From the NCBI GenBank assembly GCA_038227875.1, contig JBBRPR010000021.1, positions 1 through 64,000 of the forward strand: a stretch of 64,000 nucleotides of DNA, written 5' to 3'. The notes beneath the pieces are model-generated. The model was not told the DNA's origin. It made no database searches and worked only from the letters and a program-made list of their open reading frames with translations. Shown one piece after another: positions 7,629 to 17,461 of this stretch. The translations under genes and the position numbers were made by a program. Source of the stretch: Planctomycetota bacterium (GTDB lineage Bacteria > Planctomycetota > SZUA-567 > H5-PLA8). Positions within the stretch are counted from its first letter, which is position 1, and each line of letters opens with the position of its first letter.

Positions 7629-9103
7629 TGTCGACGTATTCGAGCCGCGAAGTGAAATTCGGCGCGTTGATCGCCGTCGTTTCGGCCGCGTGCGTGGCGC
7701 TGGCGATTGTGTTTGGCACGGGGCGGCTTTCGTCGTTCTGGCGCCGCCGCGAAAATTTGTATGTCCTCTTTGAAAACGCCGGCGGCTTGACCACTGACGC
7801 GCCGGTGCGCTACAACGGGATTGAAATCGGGCACGTGAAGTGGATGCGCGTGCTCCATCTCGATGAGGACCATCTCGAGAAGCTCCCGCCGCTGACCAAG
7901 CGCGACATGGACAACCTGCCGCTGCGTCCGGCGCTGGTGGTGCACAATCTTCGCGACGTGGCGGACGTGGACTTCGATACGCGTTGCCGCACGGAGCTGC
8001 TCAACCGGACGATGATCGAACTGTGTTTGGAAGTCGCGCAGGAAGGCGAGTTCAAGCATTTCCGGCAGGACGATCAGTTCCGCATCGTCAGCACGGTCTT
8101 CGGCGACACGGCGGTGGAGATCATCTCCGGCAACGGACCGCTGGTGACCGCGCCGGCCAACCGCCTGATGCTGGGCACGTCCGGCGATTTCTTCAGCAAC
8201 CTGGCCAAGAGCATGGGCGACGTGAAAGTCATTCTATCCAATGTCACAGACGTGGTGGGCACGGAGGAGCGGAAGAGCTTCACCAGCGCCCAGGGACGCT
8301 TCGGAAACATCCAGGACACGCTGCAGAAAATCGCCAACACCACGACGACGCGGACGGAGCAGACGCTGAAGAAATTCGACACGCTACAGGAAGACTCCAC
8401 CAAGGAATTTGCGGACGTGCAGAAGGTACTCGACGATCTGCAGCCGAAGGTGACGCAGACGTTCGACGGCATCGGGACGCGCGCGGCGGATATTCGCGAC
8501 CGTGTGCAGTCAGCGCGCGACACCGCCGATAAGGCGATCACGGAGATCTCCGAGGACGCGGCGAAGTTGCGCACGGACGTGCGGCAGATCATCGACCGCT
8601 GCAAACCCAACTACGACGCGATGCGCGCGAACATCCGGAAGATCTACGACCGACTCGGCGGGCTGTCGATGAAGCTGGAGGACATCCGGACGGTTGCCGG
8701 CCAGGCGATGGAGCAGAGCGGCGAAGACATCGATCGGATGAAAGAATCGTTCGCCAACAGCGTGTTCAATTTCAAAGTCATCCAAGTCGTCGCCAACGAG
8801 AACAAGGACCTGATGATCTCCAACAAGGACGAGGGCGAGTACGAATACAACACGGTGGTGAACTGCTATAAGAATGTGTGCGTGGCGGTGCTGCGCATCA
8901 GCCAGATTCGCGCCGACGTGATGGAAGCGCACACCGCTGCCGTCGATGGCGATCGCCCCGCCGTCGCCGTAGAGGCCACGCTGGTGACCGACAAGCTCGG
9001 CGTCATCCGCGACAGCGTCGAGAAAGTCCGCCAGAGCGCCGAGGACAAGATGCTGCCCGCGTTTGAGCGCAAGAAGGCCGCTTGGGTGGTGGACAGTCCG
9101 TGA
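7628..9103 (+). CDS. MCE/MlaD-family protein 2
   Basis: TGATG overlap with upstream gene; FENAGGLTTDAPVRYNGIEIGHV, VFGDTAVEI. Confidence 0.85.
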   Translation: MSTYSSREVKFGALIAVVSAACVALAIVFGTGRLSSFWRRRENLYVLFENAGGLTTDAPVRYNGIEIGHVKWMRVLHLDEDHLEKLPPLTKRDMDNLPLRPALVVHNLRDVADVDFDTRCRTELLNRTMIELCLEVAQEGEFKHFRQDDQFRIVSTVFGDTAVEIISGNGPLVTAPANRLMLGTSGDFFSNLAKSMGDVKVILSNVTDVVGTEERKSFTSAQGRFGNIQDTLQKIANTTTTRTEQTLKKFDTLQEDSTKEFADVQKVLDDLQPKVTQTFDGIGTRAADIRDRVQSARDTADKAITEISEDAAKLRTDVRQIIDRCKPNYDAMRANIRKIYDRLGGLSMKLEDIRTVAGQAMEQSGEDIDRMKESFANSVFNFKVIQVVANENKDLMISNKDEGEYEYNTVVNCYKNVCVAVLRISQIRADVMEAHTAAVDGDRPAVAVEATLVTDKLGVIRDSVEKVRQSAEDKMLPAFERKKAAWVVDSP

Positions 9104-9108
9104 GCGCG

Positions 9109-9367
9109 GCGGGCCTGACGGCCCGAGGGGTCAGGGGTCAGGGGCCAGGGGTCAGAGGTTGGGGTGCGCAGGGTGTAGTGGGACGTTCACTTTTGAGTTG
9201 GGGCGGTAAGTTAAGGGCAACAGCAGAACAGAACAGCATTGCAGTGGAGAGAGGTTAAAACGAGAGCGAAGTTGTTGGATCGGTTCGAAGGCAAGCAGGC
9301 GTGCTCGGTCCGTGGGTCGCAGTCAATTCTGACCCCTGACCCCTGACCCCTCGGGCCTCTGGCCCGC
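9109..9367. repeat. MITE-like element bounded by ~40-bp inverted repeats made of a hairpin plus AGGGGTC heptamers
   Basis: Left arm 9109-9156 (4 heptamers) is the near reverse complement of right arm 9328-9367 (3 heptamers). Confidence 0.7.
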
Positions 9368-9397
9368 ACGCAAGGCAAAGGCAAGGAGTAACGCACA

Positions 9398-10906
9398 GTG
9401 TCGACGAGCACGACGTATTCGAATGCGGAAGTGAAGGCGGGCGTCTTTCTGACGATCTGCCTGGCGCTGTTTATCGCGATGCTGTTCATCTACGGCAAGG
9501 TCGCGCGCATGTGGCGCAAGCCGCAGGACATCGCGGTGGTCTTCACGTCGGTGACGTCGCTGCGCCCGGACGCTCCGGTGCGTTACAACGGCGTGGAAGT
9601 CGGCCGCGTGAAGGACATCAAGATTCTGCATCTCGATGACGCCAACATTCATCTGCTGCCGCCGATCAAGCCCAGCGATCTGGAAAACCTGCCTCTCTCC
9701 GACAAGGAAGTGAAGATCCTCCGCGACGCGCAGAAGACGCCGCCGGATACCTTCCGCGACGCGGTCAACGACAAAATCAAGAACCGCACAATGATCAAGC
9801 TGACGCTGGAAGTGGTGCAGGAAAACGACAAGGCACGCTACCGGCAGGACGACCAGGTAAACATCGCCACCACGCTGATGGGCGATACGTCGGTGGAAAT
9901 CGCATCCGGCAGCGGCGATAGCATCGACGCGGGGCGGCTGATGCTGGGGCATTCCGGCGACTTCTTTACCAATCTCGCCAAGTCCGTAGAACAGGTGAAG
10001 GAAATCCTCGGTTCGGTCAGCGACGTGGTCGGGCAGGACGAGCGCGAGAGCGTGCGCAAAGCGCTGCGCCGCTTCGACGCGATCACCGAACGCATCGAAA
10101 AGATCGTGAAGCTCGCCGACGACCGCATGCCGGTGACCTGGAACAAGGTCGACGACCTGGCCGACGGCGCGAAGCAGAATCTCAACCGCATCGGCGACAC
10201 GGTCGCAGGCGTGCAGCCGCAGATTAACAAGACGCTTTCGATCGCCGATGAAGCGGTGAAGGATCTGCAGGACCGCGTCGGCAAGCTCGCCGACGAAGCC
10301 AAGAGCGCGGTGGTCGAAGTGCGCGGCGAAGTGAAGCCAATCTTCGGCGACCTGCAGCACATCACGTCCAAGAGCAAGGACGATCTGCCGGAGCTGGTGA
10401 AGAACGCCAAGGACCTCGCTGGCCGCCTGCACGAAAGCGCGGGCAAAGTCGACGGCGTGCTGACGACCGGAGAACGGTTGCTCAACGAAAGTTACCCGGA
10501 CTTGCGACGCCTGATCCTGGCGTTCCGCATGGGCGCGGAGAACTTCGAAGAGGCCACCAACCTGCTGAAGCGCAAGCCGTGGCTGCTGCTGAAAGCACCG
10601 AGCAGCGACGACGCGTACAACGTCGCGCAGAAGACGGCGCAGGATCTGGAACGTGCCACGCGGCGCTTCCGTGAACTCTCCACCGAACTCGCGGCGATCC
10701 GCAGAAACATGGATCAGGCCCCCAAAGAGAAGCTGGAACGGATTGACTTTGTGCTCCAGGAGCTCGATATTCTGAGTGATAGCTTAAGATTCGCCGGAGA
10801 TGTGTCGAAAAGGGAAGTACTGCCCGTTTTCGACCGCAAGCGGGGTGGGTTCATTCCCATCCAGGAAGAGATCAACACGGACCTGAAGAAGAAACCGGCG
10901 CAGTGA
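9398..10906 (+). CDS. MCE/MlaD-family protein 3
   Basis: AAGGAG SD plus GTG; LRPDAPVRYNGVEVGRV, LMGDTSVEI. Confidence 0.87.
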   Translation: MSTSTTYSNAEVKAGVFLTICLALFIAMLFIYGKVARMWRKPQDIAVVFTSVTSLRPDAPVRYNGVEVGRVKDIKILHLDDANIHLLPPIKPSDLENLPLSDKEVKILRDAQKTPPDTFRDAVNDKIKNRTMIKLTLEVVQENDKARYRQDDQVNIATTLMGDTSVEIASGSGDSIDAGRLMLGHSGDFFTNLAKSVEQVKEILGSVSDVVGQDERESVRKALRRFDAITERIEKIVKLADDRMPVTWNKVDDLADGAKQNLNRIGDTVAGVQPQINKTLSIADEAVKDLQDRVGKLADEAKSAVVEVRGEVKPIFGDLQHITSKSKDDLPELVKNAKDLAGRLHESAGKVDGVLTTGERLLNESYPDLRRLILAFRMGAENFEEATNLLKRKPWLLLKAPSSDDAYNVAQKTAQDLERATRRFRELSTELAAIRRNMDQAPKEKLERIDFVLQELDILSDSLRFAGDVSKREVLPVFDRKRGGFIPIQEEINTDLKKKPAQ

Positions 10907-10944
10907 GCTGATGATCGGTGTAACCAGAGTATAAGAGGTAAAAC

Positions 10945-11316
10945 ATGACGACGTACTCGCCCTTGTCGTTCACGCAAACCTTCCGCGACGGCATGCTGAT
11001 CGTGGAGCTCAAAGGCGCGATGGACTCGGCCTTGTGCCTGGACGGCGCGTTGGACGCGGCGGACGAGAGCCCGGCCAAGCACGTCATCGTGGTGCTCAAG
11101 GGCGTGGACTACATTAATAGTGCGGGATTCAGCGCGTTGATTCGTTTCTCCGATGTCGTAACGGAAGGGGAAAAAACGCTTTACGTCGTCGGCTTGGAAG
11201 AGAAAGTTCACGTGGTTTTTCACTCGCTGGGCGCGCACAGTGTCTTGAACATTCTTCCGACTTTGAACGATGCTCTGGCAAGAATTGCCGAAGAAGGCAA
11301 GCAAGGGCATAAATAG
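10945..11316 (+). CDS. STAS-domain protein (anti-sigma antagonist/MlaB-like)
   Basis: LKGVDYINSAGFSAL motif, 123 aa. Confidence 0.85.
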   Translation: MTTYSPLSFTQTFRDGMLIVELKGAMDSALCLDGALDAADESPAKHVIVVLKGVDYINSAGFSALIRFSDVVTEGEKTLYVVGLEEKVHVVFHSLGAHSVLNILPTLNDALARIAEEGKQGHK

Positions 11317-11509
11317 TAGCTAGTTATTGCAAATTCAATTATGGAACACGTGCATTTTTTATTCGGCATCCTCTGAAAATTCGCTAAAGTAACCCCGTGG
11401 TTGTCGCCTCAATTCCCGGATCAGGGAATTCGTGTCACACTGTAAAACTAGCTATTTTCGCTAAGATGCCGGACGTAGCAGTAGTCAGTACTCGGGGGAG
11501 TTAGTCCGC

Positions 11510-14500
11510 ATGAGTCAGAGCCGTTCTTTTTCCACCGTTGAGGACAATCTCTTCGGCACGCTCGCCGTCCGTTATAATTTCGTGCTCGAGCACCAGATCG
11601 GCGAAGCGCTGGAAGTGCAGCAGAGTTTCTACGTCACCGGACAGCCAGCACCGAAGCTGGGCGAAATTCTCGCACAAAAAGGCTACATGACCCACGAGCA
11701 GATCGCGGCGGTGCTGCGCGGTCAGAGCACCGGGAGCGCCAAGAAGCGCTTCGGAGAAATCGCCGTCACCCACCACTTCTGTTCACAGCAGGAAGTTGAC
11801 GCAGCGCTGAAAGTCCAGGACGACATTCGCGGTTTCGGTTTTGGCACAACGCAGAAGATCGGCGAAATCCTCGTCGCGCGCGGTGCGCTGCGGCCGCACC
11901 AGGTCTCGGCGATTCTGCAGAACCAGGGCACCGGCGAACTGGTGACCTGCCCGTCCTGCCGCACCTCGTTGAACATCGCGGGGCTCTCCCGTTCGTCGCA
12001 GGTTCGTTGCCCGAGCTGCAATATTGTTTTCATCCCCAGCGAGCTGACGCGAAAAAATCCCGCGCCCGCAACAACCACAATACCTGCTCCGGTCCAACGG
12101 CCACCGACGACGCACGCCAATTCCATTACGCGCCAGCACCACGCCGTGACCGCCACCAACACGCAGGTCGGCGGAGCGGTGGGGCAGTACCAGATTGAAT
12201 TCCGGCTGGGCGAAGACAGCACCGGCATCCTCTACAAGGCCTTCGATCCGCATACCGGCGTACGCGTCGCGTTACGCATGCTCGATCCGGGCATGGTGGC
12301 GAAGCAGGAAGATTACGAACACTGGGTCTCCGCCGAACAGGCCGCGCGGGAGTTGTCGCACCGCAATCTGCAGCGCATCCTGGCGATGAGCACCGACCGC
12401 GGCCGGCCGTACCTCGTGATGGATTTCATCGACGGCGATTCGCTGCGCAAAATCATGAACCGGCGCGGCGTCTTTCCGGCCGTCGATGCGATTGGCATGC
12501 TGGTGCAGCTGGCCGAAGCGCTGGAATACGGCGCGTCGCGCGGATTGCTGCACGGCGATTTGCGCCCCGTTCACGTGCTGCTGGGCGTGGACGGCGTGGT
12601 GCGGCTCTCCGGACTGGGCATTCCCAAGAACGCCGCGCTGAATCTGCGGCAGATGGCCGGGCAGTTCTCGGAAGAGACCCTGCCGCTTTACACGCCGCCG
12701 GAAGTCATGATCGATCCCGAGCAGGCTGACGAACGCTCCGACATCTACAGTCTCGGCGCGATCGGCTACCACATGCTCACCGGCCGCCCGCCCCACGAAG
12801 GCACGGGCCTGGTGCAGTTGGGATTCCGCATGGCGGCGTCGAAGATCACGCCGGCTCGCGAGATCAATCCGCGCATCCCGGAATTCGTCAGCAAGCTGAT
12901 CGGCCGGTGTCTCCAGTTGGACGCTAACGCACGCTACGACTCCCCCACTCTGCTGCTCAACGATCTGCGCAAAGCCCGCACGGCGCTGATGGCCGGCGAC
13001 GACGCGTCGGAATTGACGGAATCGCTGCGCACCAGCAATTATGTTCCGGTCAATGCGCGCCGAGTGCCGCGCCTCAACCGGCTCAAGCGCCTGAAGACTC
13101 ACATGTCGCGTCCCGCACACGGCGCCTCACATGGAACGCACGGCGCGTCGGCGAAGCGTCCCGGCAGCGGTCCGAAGCGGGTCGGCGGCGGCGCCAGCAA
13201 CGCACGCCTGCCGATCGTCGGCGCGCCCACGCCGCAGTACAAGCATCCCGGCGGCAGCAGCGGGCTCAATTCCGCGATGAAATTCCCCGGCCGCGGCGCC
13301 AGCGGTGTCATGCCGGCCGTCGGTCTGCCGGGCTTGCACGGCGCCGGCTCCAGCTCCTCGATTCCCGCCGTGGTCCCTACTCCCGGCCGCGGTGCGGGCT
13401 CCAGTTCGATGAACTCCGCCGTCAACGGCATTCCGCTCAGCCAGCAAGTCACCCCGCGCGACACCATCAGCGACCTCGGCGATGATGTCACGCCCGGCGC
13501 GATCTCGCGGCGCAATGACGCCGGTTATGAAGTCATCAAGCAGCTCGATGTCAACCTCGATCCGGTGACCGGCGACACGAGCATCGTCTCCAAGCGCAAC
13601 AAGCCGGCACGCGTGGCTAAGCGCACGTCCAACAGCGCGATCATCCTGACGTGTATCATCAGCGTATTGGTGATCGGACTGGGCGTGGCGGGGATTTATT
13701 TCTCGTACGCCGGCGGCCCGGCGGTGGCCGTGGTTCAACAAAACGAGAAGCTGCTGGCGCCCGTCGTCACCACGACGCCCGACGCCCGCACGCCGGAAGT
13801 CGAAGAAGCTCAGGATTGGCACGCGTTTGAACTCTACGCCAAGGACAACCCCAAGAATCCCAAGGGGTTGGTCGATCATCTCCGACTGTTCACTGGTTCA
13901 CATCCGTCCGGCGAGCACGCCACGAAGGCCAAGGACGAACTGACAAAGCAGAGTTCCCTCGGCGCGGAACAGTCGCTGGCAACCGTGCGCGAAAAAGTCC
14001 GGGGGCTGATCAAGACCGACAGCTTCGCCGACGCCAACACCGCGATCGAAAAGTGGCGCGACGAGTGGAAGGAAGCGAAGGACATGGCGACGCTGGAGAA
14101 GTCGCTAAAGGATGATGTCGTCGAGGGCCAGAAGAGTTCTGCCACGGCGCTGATGGAGAGCGCGCTGGCGCTGCGCAAGGATCAGAAGTACGCCGAAGCG
14201 AAGGCGATCTATGACCGCATCAAGTCCAACTTCCCGTCCGAATTCAAGAACACCGCCGCCAAGGCGCTGCTCGAATCGGAGACCGAACAGTCGGCCGCGA
14301 AGAATGCCGCGCAGGCCGAAGAAAAGACCAAGCTGGAGCAGGAAAAGAAGGCCGAACGGGATGCCGCCGCGCCGGCGATTTTCGACCGCCTCTCGGCGGA
14401 CATCAGTGCCGCGTATAAAACCTTCGACCTGAAGGGCGCCACGTTCGTGCTCGATGCCAACAAGGATCAGCTCGTCGGCACCGTCAAGGAAGCCGACTAC

Positions 14501-15367
14501 AACAAGCTCAAGGCCGAATGGGATCAGCTCAATGCCCTGCGCACCCGCATGGCCAAGGCGATCAAGGACGGCAAGATGCGCGATCAGCGCGTCAATTACC
14601 ACGATCAGCCCTGCATCCTGCCCGACGCGACAGTGGAAGGCCCCGTGCTGCAGGTTGGCGCGGGCACCGTTCCGGTCAAGTGGTCGCAGGTCAGTGCTGA
14701 CGACCTGTCGGACATCGCCGGCCGCGCGACGGAACCCGATAGCGCCGAAGGCCTGATGCAAGTGGGCATGCTGCGCTATTACACAGGCAAGTACGTCGAA
14801 GCGTTCCAGGCTTTCAACGCCGCGCAGAAACTGAAAGCCGACGCCGCCAAGTGGATCGACATGACGCAGGCGGCGCTCAAGGACTCGCAGGCGCGCGACG
14901 AAAAAGCGCACGAATCGGCGCAGGCTGAAGTCCAGGCCGAAACCGCCAAGGCGCTGGCCGCTGCCGGCCTGGAAGTCCGCCACGGCATCTGGAAAATCAA
15001 TGGCAATACATTCCAGGTCTCGCAGGACGCGCACGAACCCAAGCCGGACTTGATGAGCATGCAGCGCAAGATCAAGAAGACCTTCAAGTCGATCTCGATC
15101 GAAGTGCGCGGCACCGGTGACACCGCGGGCTTCAGTTTCAGTGGTGAAGGCCGCCGCTTCGTCCTCAAGCCCGGTCCCAACTGGCAGAAGGTGACCGTGG
15201 AACGCGGTGCGACGGGCGTGATCATGAAAGTCGACGACGAGGAAAAACCGTCCGTCGAAAAGATCGCCTTCGACGTGACGCCCGCGACGCTGGTCTCCGA
15301 CGGCATCATCTACATCCGCTTCATCGGCCAGAAGGGCGAGTTCCGGAACCTGCAGGTCGATGAGTGA
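11510..15367 (+). CDS. Membrane Ser/Thr kinase-like protein (probable pseudokinase) with MshEN-like repeats, Zn ribbon, TM and large extracytoplasmic region
   Basis: Kinase fold recognisable (PYLVMDFIDG, YTPPE, SDIYSLG); CPSC..CPSC; hydrophobic AIILTCIISVLVIGLGVAGIYF. Confidence 0.85.
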   Translation: MSQSRSFSTVEDNLFGTLAVRYNFVLEHQIGEALEVQQSFYVTGQPAPKLGEILAQKGYMTHEQIAAVLRGQSTGSAKKRFGEIAVTHHFCSQQEVDAALKVQDDIRGFGFGTTQKIGEILVARGALRPHQVSAILQNQGTGELVTCPSCRTSLNIAGLSRSSQVRCPSCNIVFIPSELTRKNPAPATTTIPAPVQRPPTTHANSITRQHHAVTATNTQVGGAVGQYQIEFRLGEDSTGILYKAFDPHTGVRVALRMLDPGMVAKQEDYEHWVSAEQAARELSHRNLQRILAMSTDRGRPYLVMDFIDGDSLRKIMNRRGVFPAVDAIGMLVQLAEALEYGASRGLLHGDLRPVHVLLGVDGVVRLSGLGIPKNAALNLRQMAGQFSEETLPLYTPPEVMIDPEQADERSDIYSLGAIGYHMLTGRPPHEGTGLVQLGFRMAASKITPAREINPRIPEFVSKLIGRCLQLDANARYDSPTLLLNDLRKARTALMAGDDASELTESLRTSNYVPVNARRVPRLNRLKRLKTHMSRPAHGASHGTHGASAKRPGSGPKRVGGGASNARLPIVGAPTPQYKHPGGSSGLNSAMKFPGRGASGVMPAVGLPGLHGAGSSSSIPAVVPTPGRGAGSSSMNSAVNGIPLSQQVTPRDTISDLGDDVTPGAISRRNDAGYEVIKQLDVNLDPVTGDTSIVSKRNKPARVAKRTSNSAIILTCIISVLVIGLGVAGIYFSYAGGPAVAVVQQNEKLLAPVVTTTPDARTPEVEEAQDWHAFELYAKDNPKNPKGLVDHLRLFTGSHPSGEHATKAKDELTKQSSLGAEQSLATVREKVRGLIKTDSFADANTAIEKWRDEWKEAKDMATLEKSLKDDVVEGQKSSATALMESALALRKDQKYAEAKAIYDRIKSNFPSEFKNTAAKALLESETEQSAAKNAAQAEEKTKLEQEKKAERDAAAPAIFDRLSADISAAYKTFDLKGATFVLDANKDQLVGTVKEADYNKLKAEWDQLNALRTRMAKAIKDGKMRDQRVNYHDQPCILPDATVEGPVLQVGAGTVPVKWSQVSADDLSDIAGRATEPDSAEGLMQVGMLRYYTGKYVEAFQAFNAAQKLKADAAKWIDMTQAALKDSQARDEKAHESAQAEVQAETAKALAAAGLEVRHGIWKINGNTFQVSQDAHEPKPDLMSMQRKIKKTFKSISIEVRGTGDTAGFSFSGEGRRFVLKPGPNWQKVTVERGATGVIMKVDDEEKPSVEKIAFDVTPATLVSDGIIYIRFIGQKGEFRNLQVDE

Positions 15368-15372
15368 GCACA

Positions 15373-15482
15373 GAAGGACTGAGGACTGAGGAACAAAAAA
15401 CTCCCCGCTTGCGCGGGGAGTTTTTGTTGTGTTGGCCTTAACGAGCGGAGCGACGCGCAGTAACCTCAGTCCTCAGTCCTTC
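15373..15482. repeat. 19-bp inverted repeat of AGGACTG heptamers
   Basis: GAAGGACTGAGGACTGAGG (15373-15391) / CCTCAGTCCTCAGTCCTTC (15464-15482). Confidence 0.8.
15395..15426. terminator. Bidirectional intrinsic terminator
   Basis: AAAAAA-CTCCCCGC-ttgc-GCGGGGAG-TTTTT between convergent genes. Confidence 0.85.
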
Positions 15483-15485
15483 CGT

Positions 15486-16247
15486 TTACACCGCGGGTCG
15501 TTCGCGGCGGCGTTCGCGGCGCTGGCGGTCTTTCTCTGCGTCGAGCGCTTTGAAGACGTCGCGAATGTCCTCGCGTAGATTCGCGCGGAGGCGCGGGTTG
15601 ACGCGCACGGCCTGCTCCAGGCACGCGTACGCGTCCTGCGGGGAGTTGAGCAGCAGGAAGACCTGCGCGAGCACTTCCATTGCTTCAAATTGATTGGCGT
15701 CCAGCGCGAGCGCGACGAGCGCGTCGTGGCGGGCTTCCATCACCTCACCGTTGCGAAGGTAGGCGTGGGCGCGGTGAATATAGCCGCCCACCCAGCCGGG
15801 ATTTCGCGAGAGGCATTCGGTCAGCAGCGTCTTCTCTTCAGCGTCTTTGCGGCCGGATTCCAGCCACACAATCCGCGCGCGTACCGCCGCAGCCGGACTG
15901 TCGCGGCGCTCCCAGACGGAGAGCAGGTACACTTCCGCGGTCGCGGCAGTTTCCAGCGAGGTGGAGCGCAGATCGTCCAGCAGCGCATCTTCACCGCTGG
16001 AATCGCTGTTCAGCGCCAGCACGCGGGCGCAACGCATCCGTACGGAACTCACCGGCGAGGCCAGGCCGGTTTTCAGCGCGGGGACGGCCGTCTGGCCCGC
16101 GTGAAGCAGTTCGTCTTCGGCGGCCGACACGTCCGCGCCGGGCACAGCCAACGTCTGCACCAGGCCGTAACTCGAAACGGGCAACTGCACCGCCCAGAGC
16201 AGCGCGGCCAGCAGAAAGCAGATCGAGAGCAGGAAGACCGAGCGCAT
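15486..16247 (-). CDS. Secreted or membrane-anchored HEAT/TPR protein
   Basis: Signal-like MRSVFLLSICFLLAALLW; HEAT-like AVPALKTGL..VRMRCARVL; TPR-like AYACLEQAVRVNP. Confidence 0.7.
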   Translation of the reverse strand: MRSVFLLSICFLLAALLWAVQLPVSSYGLVQTLAVPGADVSAAEDELLHAGQTAVPALKTGLASPVSSVRMRCARVLALNSDSSGEDALLDDLRSTSLETAATAEVYLLSVWERRDSPAAAVRARIVWLESGRKDAEEKTLLTECLSRNPGWVGGYIHRAHAYLRNGEVMEARHDALVALALDANQFEAMEVLAQVFLLLNSPQDAYACLEQAVRVNPRLRANLREDIRDVFKALDAEKDRQRRERRRERPAV

Positions 16248-16366
16248 GACCCCGTTTATAGCGGAGTGACGTGGCGGCGCGCCACAAGGAAATGGCGGGC
16301 CGACGTGCAAAAAGAAACGGCCTGGTTTCCCAGGCCGCTCTCACGTCATCAAATTTTACGCGGACT

Positions 16367-17401
16367 TCAGACCTTCACGATCTTGCGCGTGCGGATCGAT
16401 TCCAGTTCGTGGTAGATCAGCGAGACTGAATCGCGGCCGTCTTCGGCCGTGGCGATCGTCGGCTTCTTCTTCTTGTCGATGCAGCCGAGGAAGTAGTCGA
16501 TCTCCAGATCCCAGCCGGTCTTGGGCTCCACTTTCACCACTTCGGAATCCTTCGCACCGGCCTTATGCAGGAGCAGCGTCTTGCCTTCGCGGCCGATGTC
16601 AAAATCGGCGGTCGCCTTGTCGAAGACCACGGTGTAGCGCATGGTGAAGCCGTAGCTGGGATCGGCGTTCCAGCCGCCTTCAGCGGTCACCGCCAGCGAC
16701 GGGTTTTTGTAAATGTACGTCGTGAAGATCTGGTCGATGCCGTCCTTCGAGGCCTTGCCGCCGTTGCCGACGGAGAAGACGGCCTTGGGATTGCCAAAGA
16801 CGTAGCGGATGAAATCGGTGTCGTGAACGTGGAGATCGAAGAGCGCCGAGCCGGAAAGCTCCGCGTTGAGAATCCAGTTTCCTTTGCTCCAGCCGGGCGT
16901 CGACGCAAAGCGGCGGAACGTGGCCGAGTGAACCTTGCCATACTTTTTCGTGTCGACGGCGTTCTTGAGCCACGACCATTCCGGCCAGAAGCGCATGCAG
17001 TGGGCCGGCATCAGGTACTTGCCGGACTTCTTCGCCGCCTTCAACATGCGCTCGGCGTCCTTGAGGTCCAGCGTCATCGGCTTTTCACAAAGCACATGCT
17101 TGCCGGCGACGAGACCTTTAATGGCGTACTCGGCGTGAACGTAGGTCGGCAGACAGATGTCCACCAAGTCGACGTTCGCATCGGCGATCAGGTCTTCGGG
17201 CTTGGCGTACCGTTTGACGCTGGTATCGATCTTCAAGTCGTCGGTTTTGCCTACATTGCCGCCGCCGCTGAGTTCCCCTGACGTGCGCGACGGATCGAAA
17301 TCGCAGATCGCGACCAGTTTCGCTTTCTTGTTCTTTAAATGAATTCCAATGTGCGTCCTGCCCATGAAACCCAGACCGATGACTCCCACACGTACGGGCA
17401 T
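16367..17401 (-). CDS. Gfo/Idh/MocA-family oxidoreductase
   Basis: VGVIGLGFMG, HVLCEKPM, DLHVHDTD. Confidence 0.92.
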   Translation of the reverse strand: MPVRVGVIGLGFMGRTHIGIHLKNKKAKLVAICDFDPSRTSGELSGGGNVGKTDDLKIDTSVKRYAKPEDLIADANVDLVDICLPTYVHAEYAIKGLVAGKHVLCEKPMTLDLKDAERMLKAAKKSGKYLMPAHCMRFWPEWSWLKNAVDTKKYGKVHSATFRRFASTPGWSKGNWILNAELSGSALFDLHVHDTDFIRYVFGNPKAVFSVGNGGKASKDGIDQIFTTYIYKNPSLAVTAEGGWNADPSYGFTMRYTVVFDKATADFDIGREGKTLLLHKAGAKDSEVVKVEPKTGWDLEIDYFLGCIDKKKKPTIATAEDGRDSVSLIYHELESIRTRKIVKV

Positions 17402-17461
17402 GTTTACTCCCCCTATATCTCCAGCGTCTTCAACCGGTTTGCCGAACAGAAATTGTCAGCT

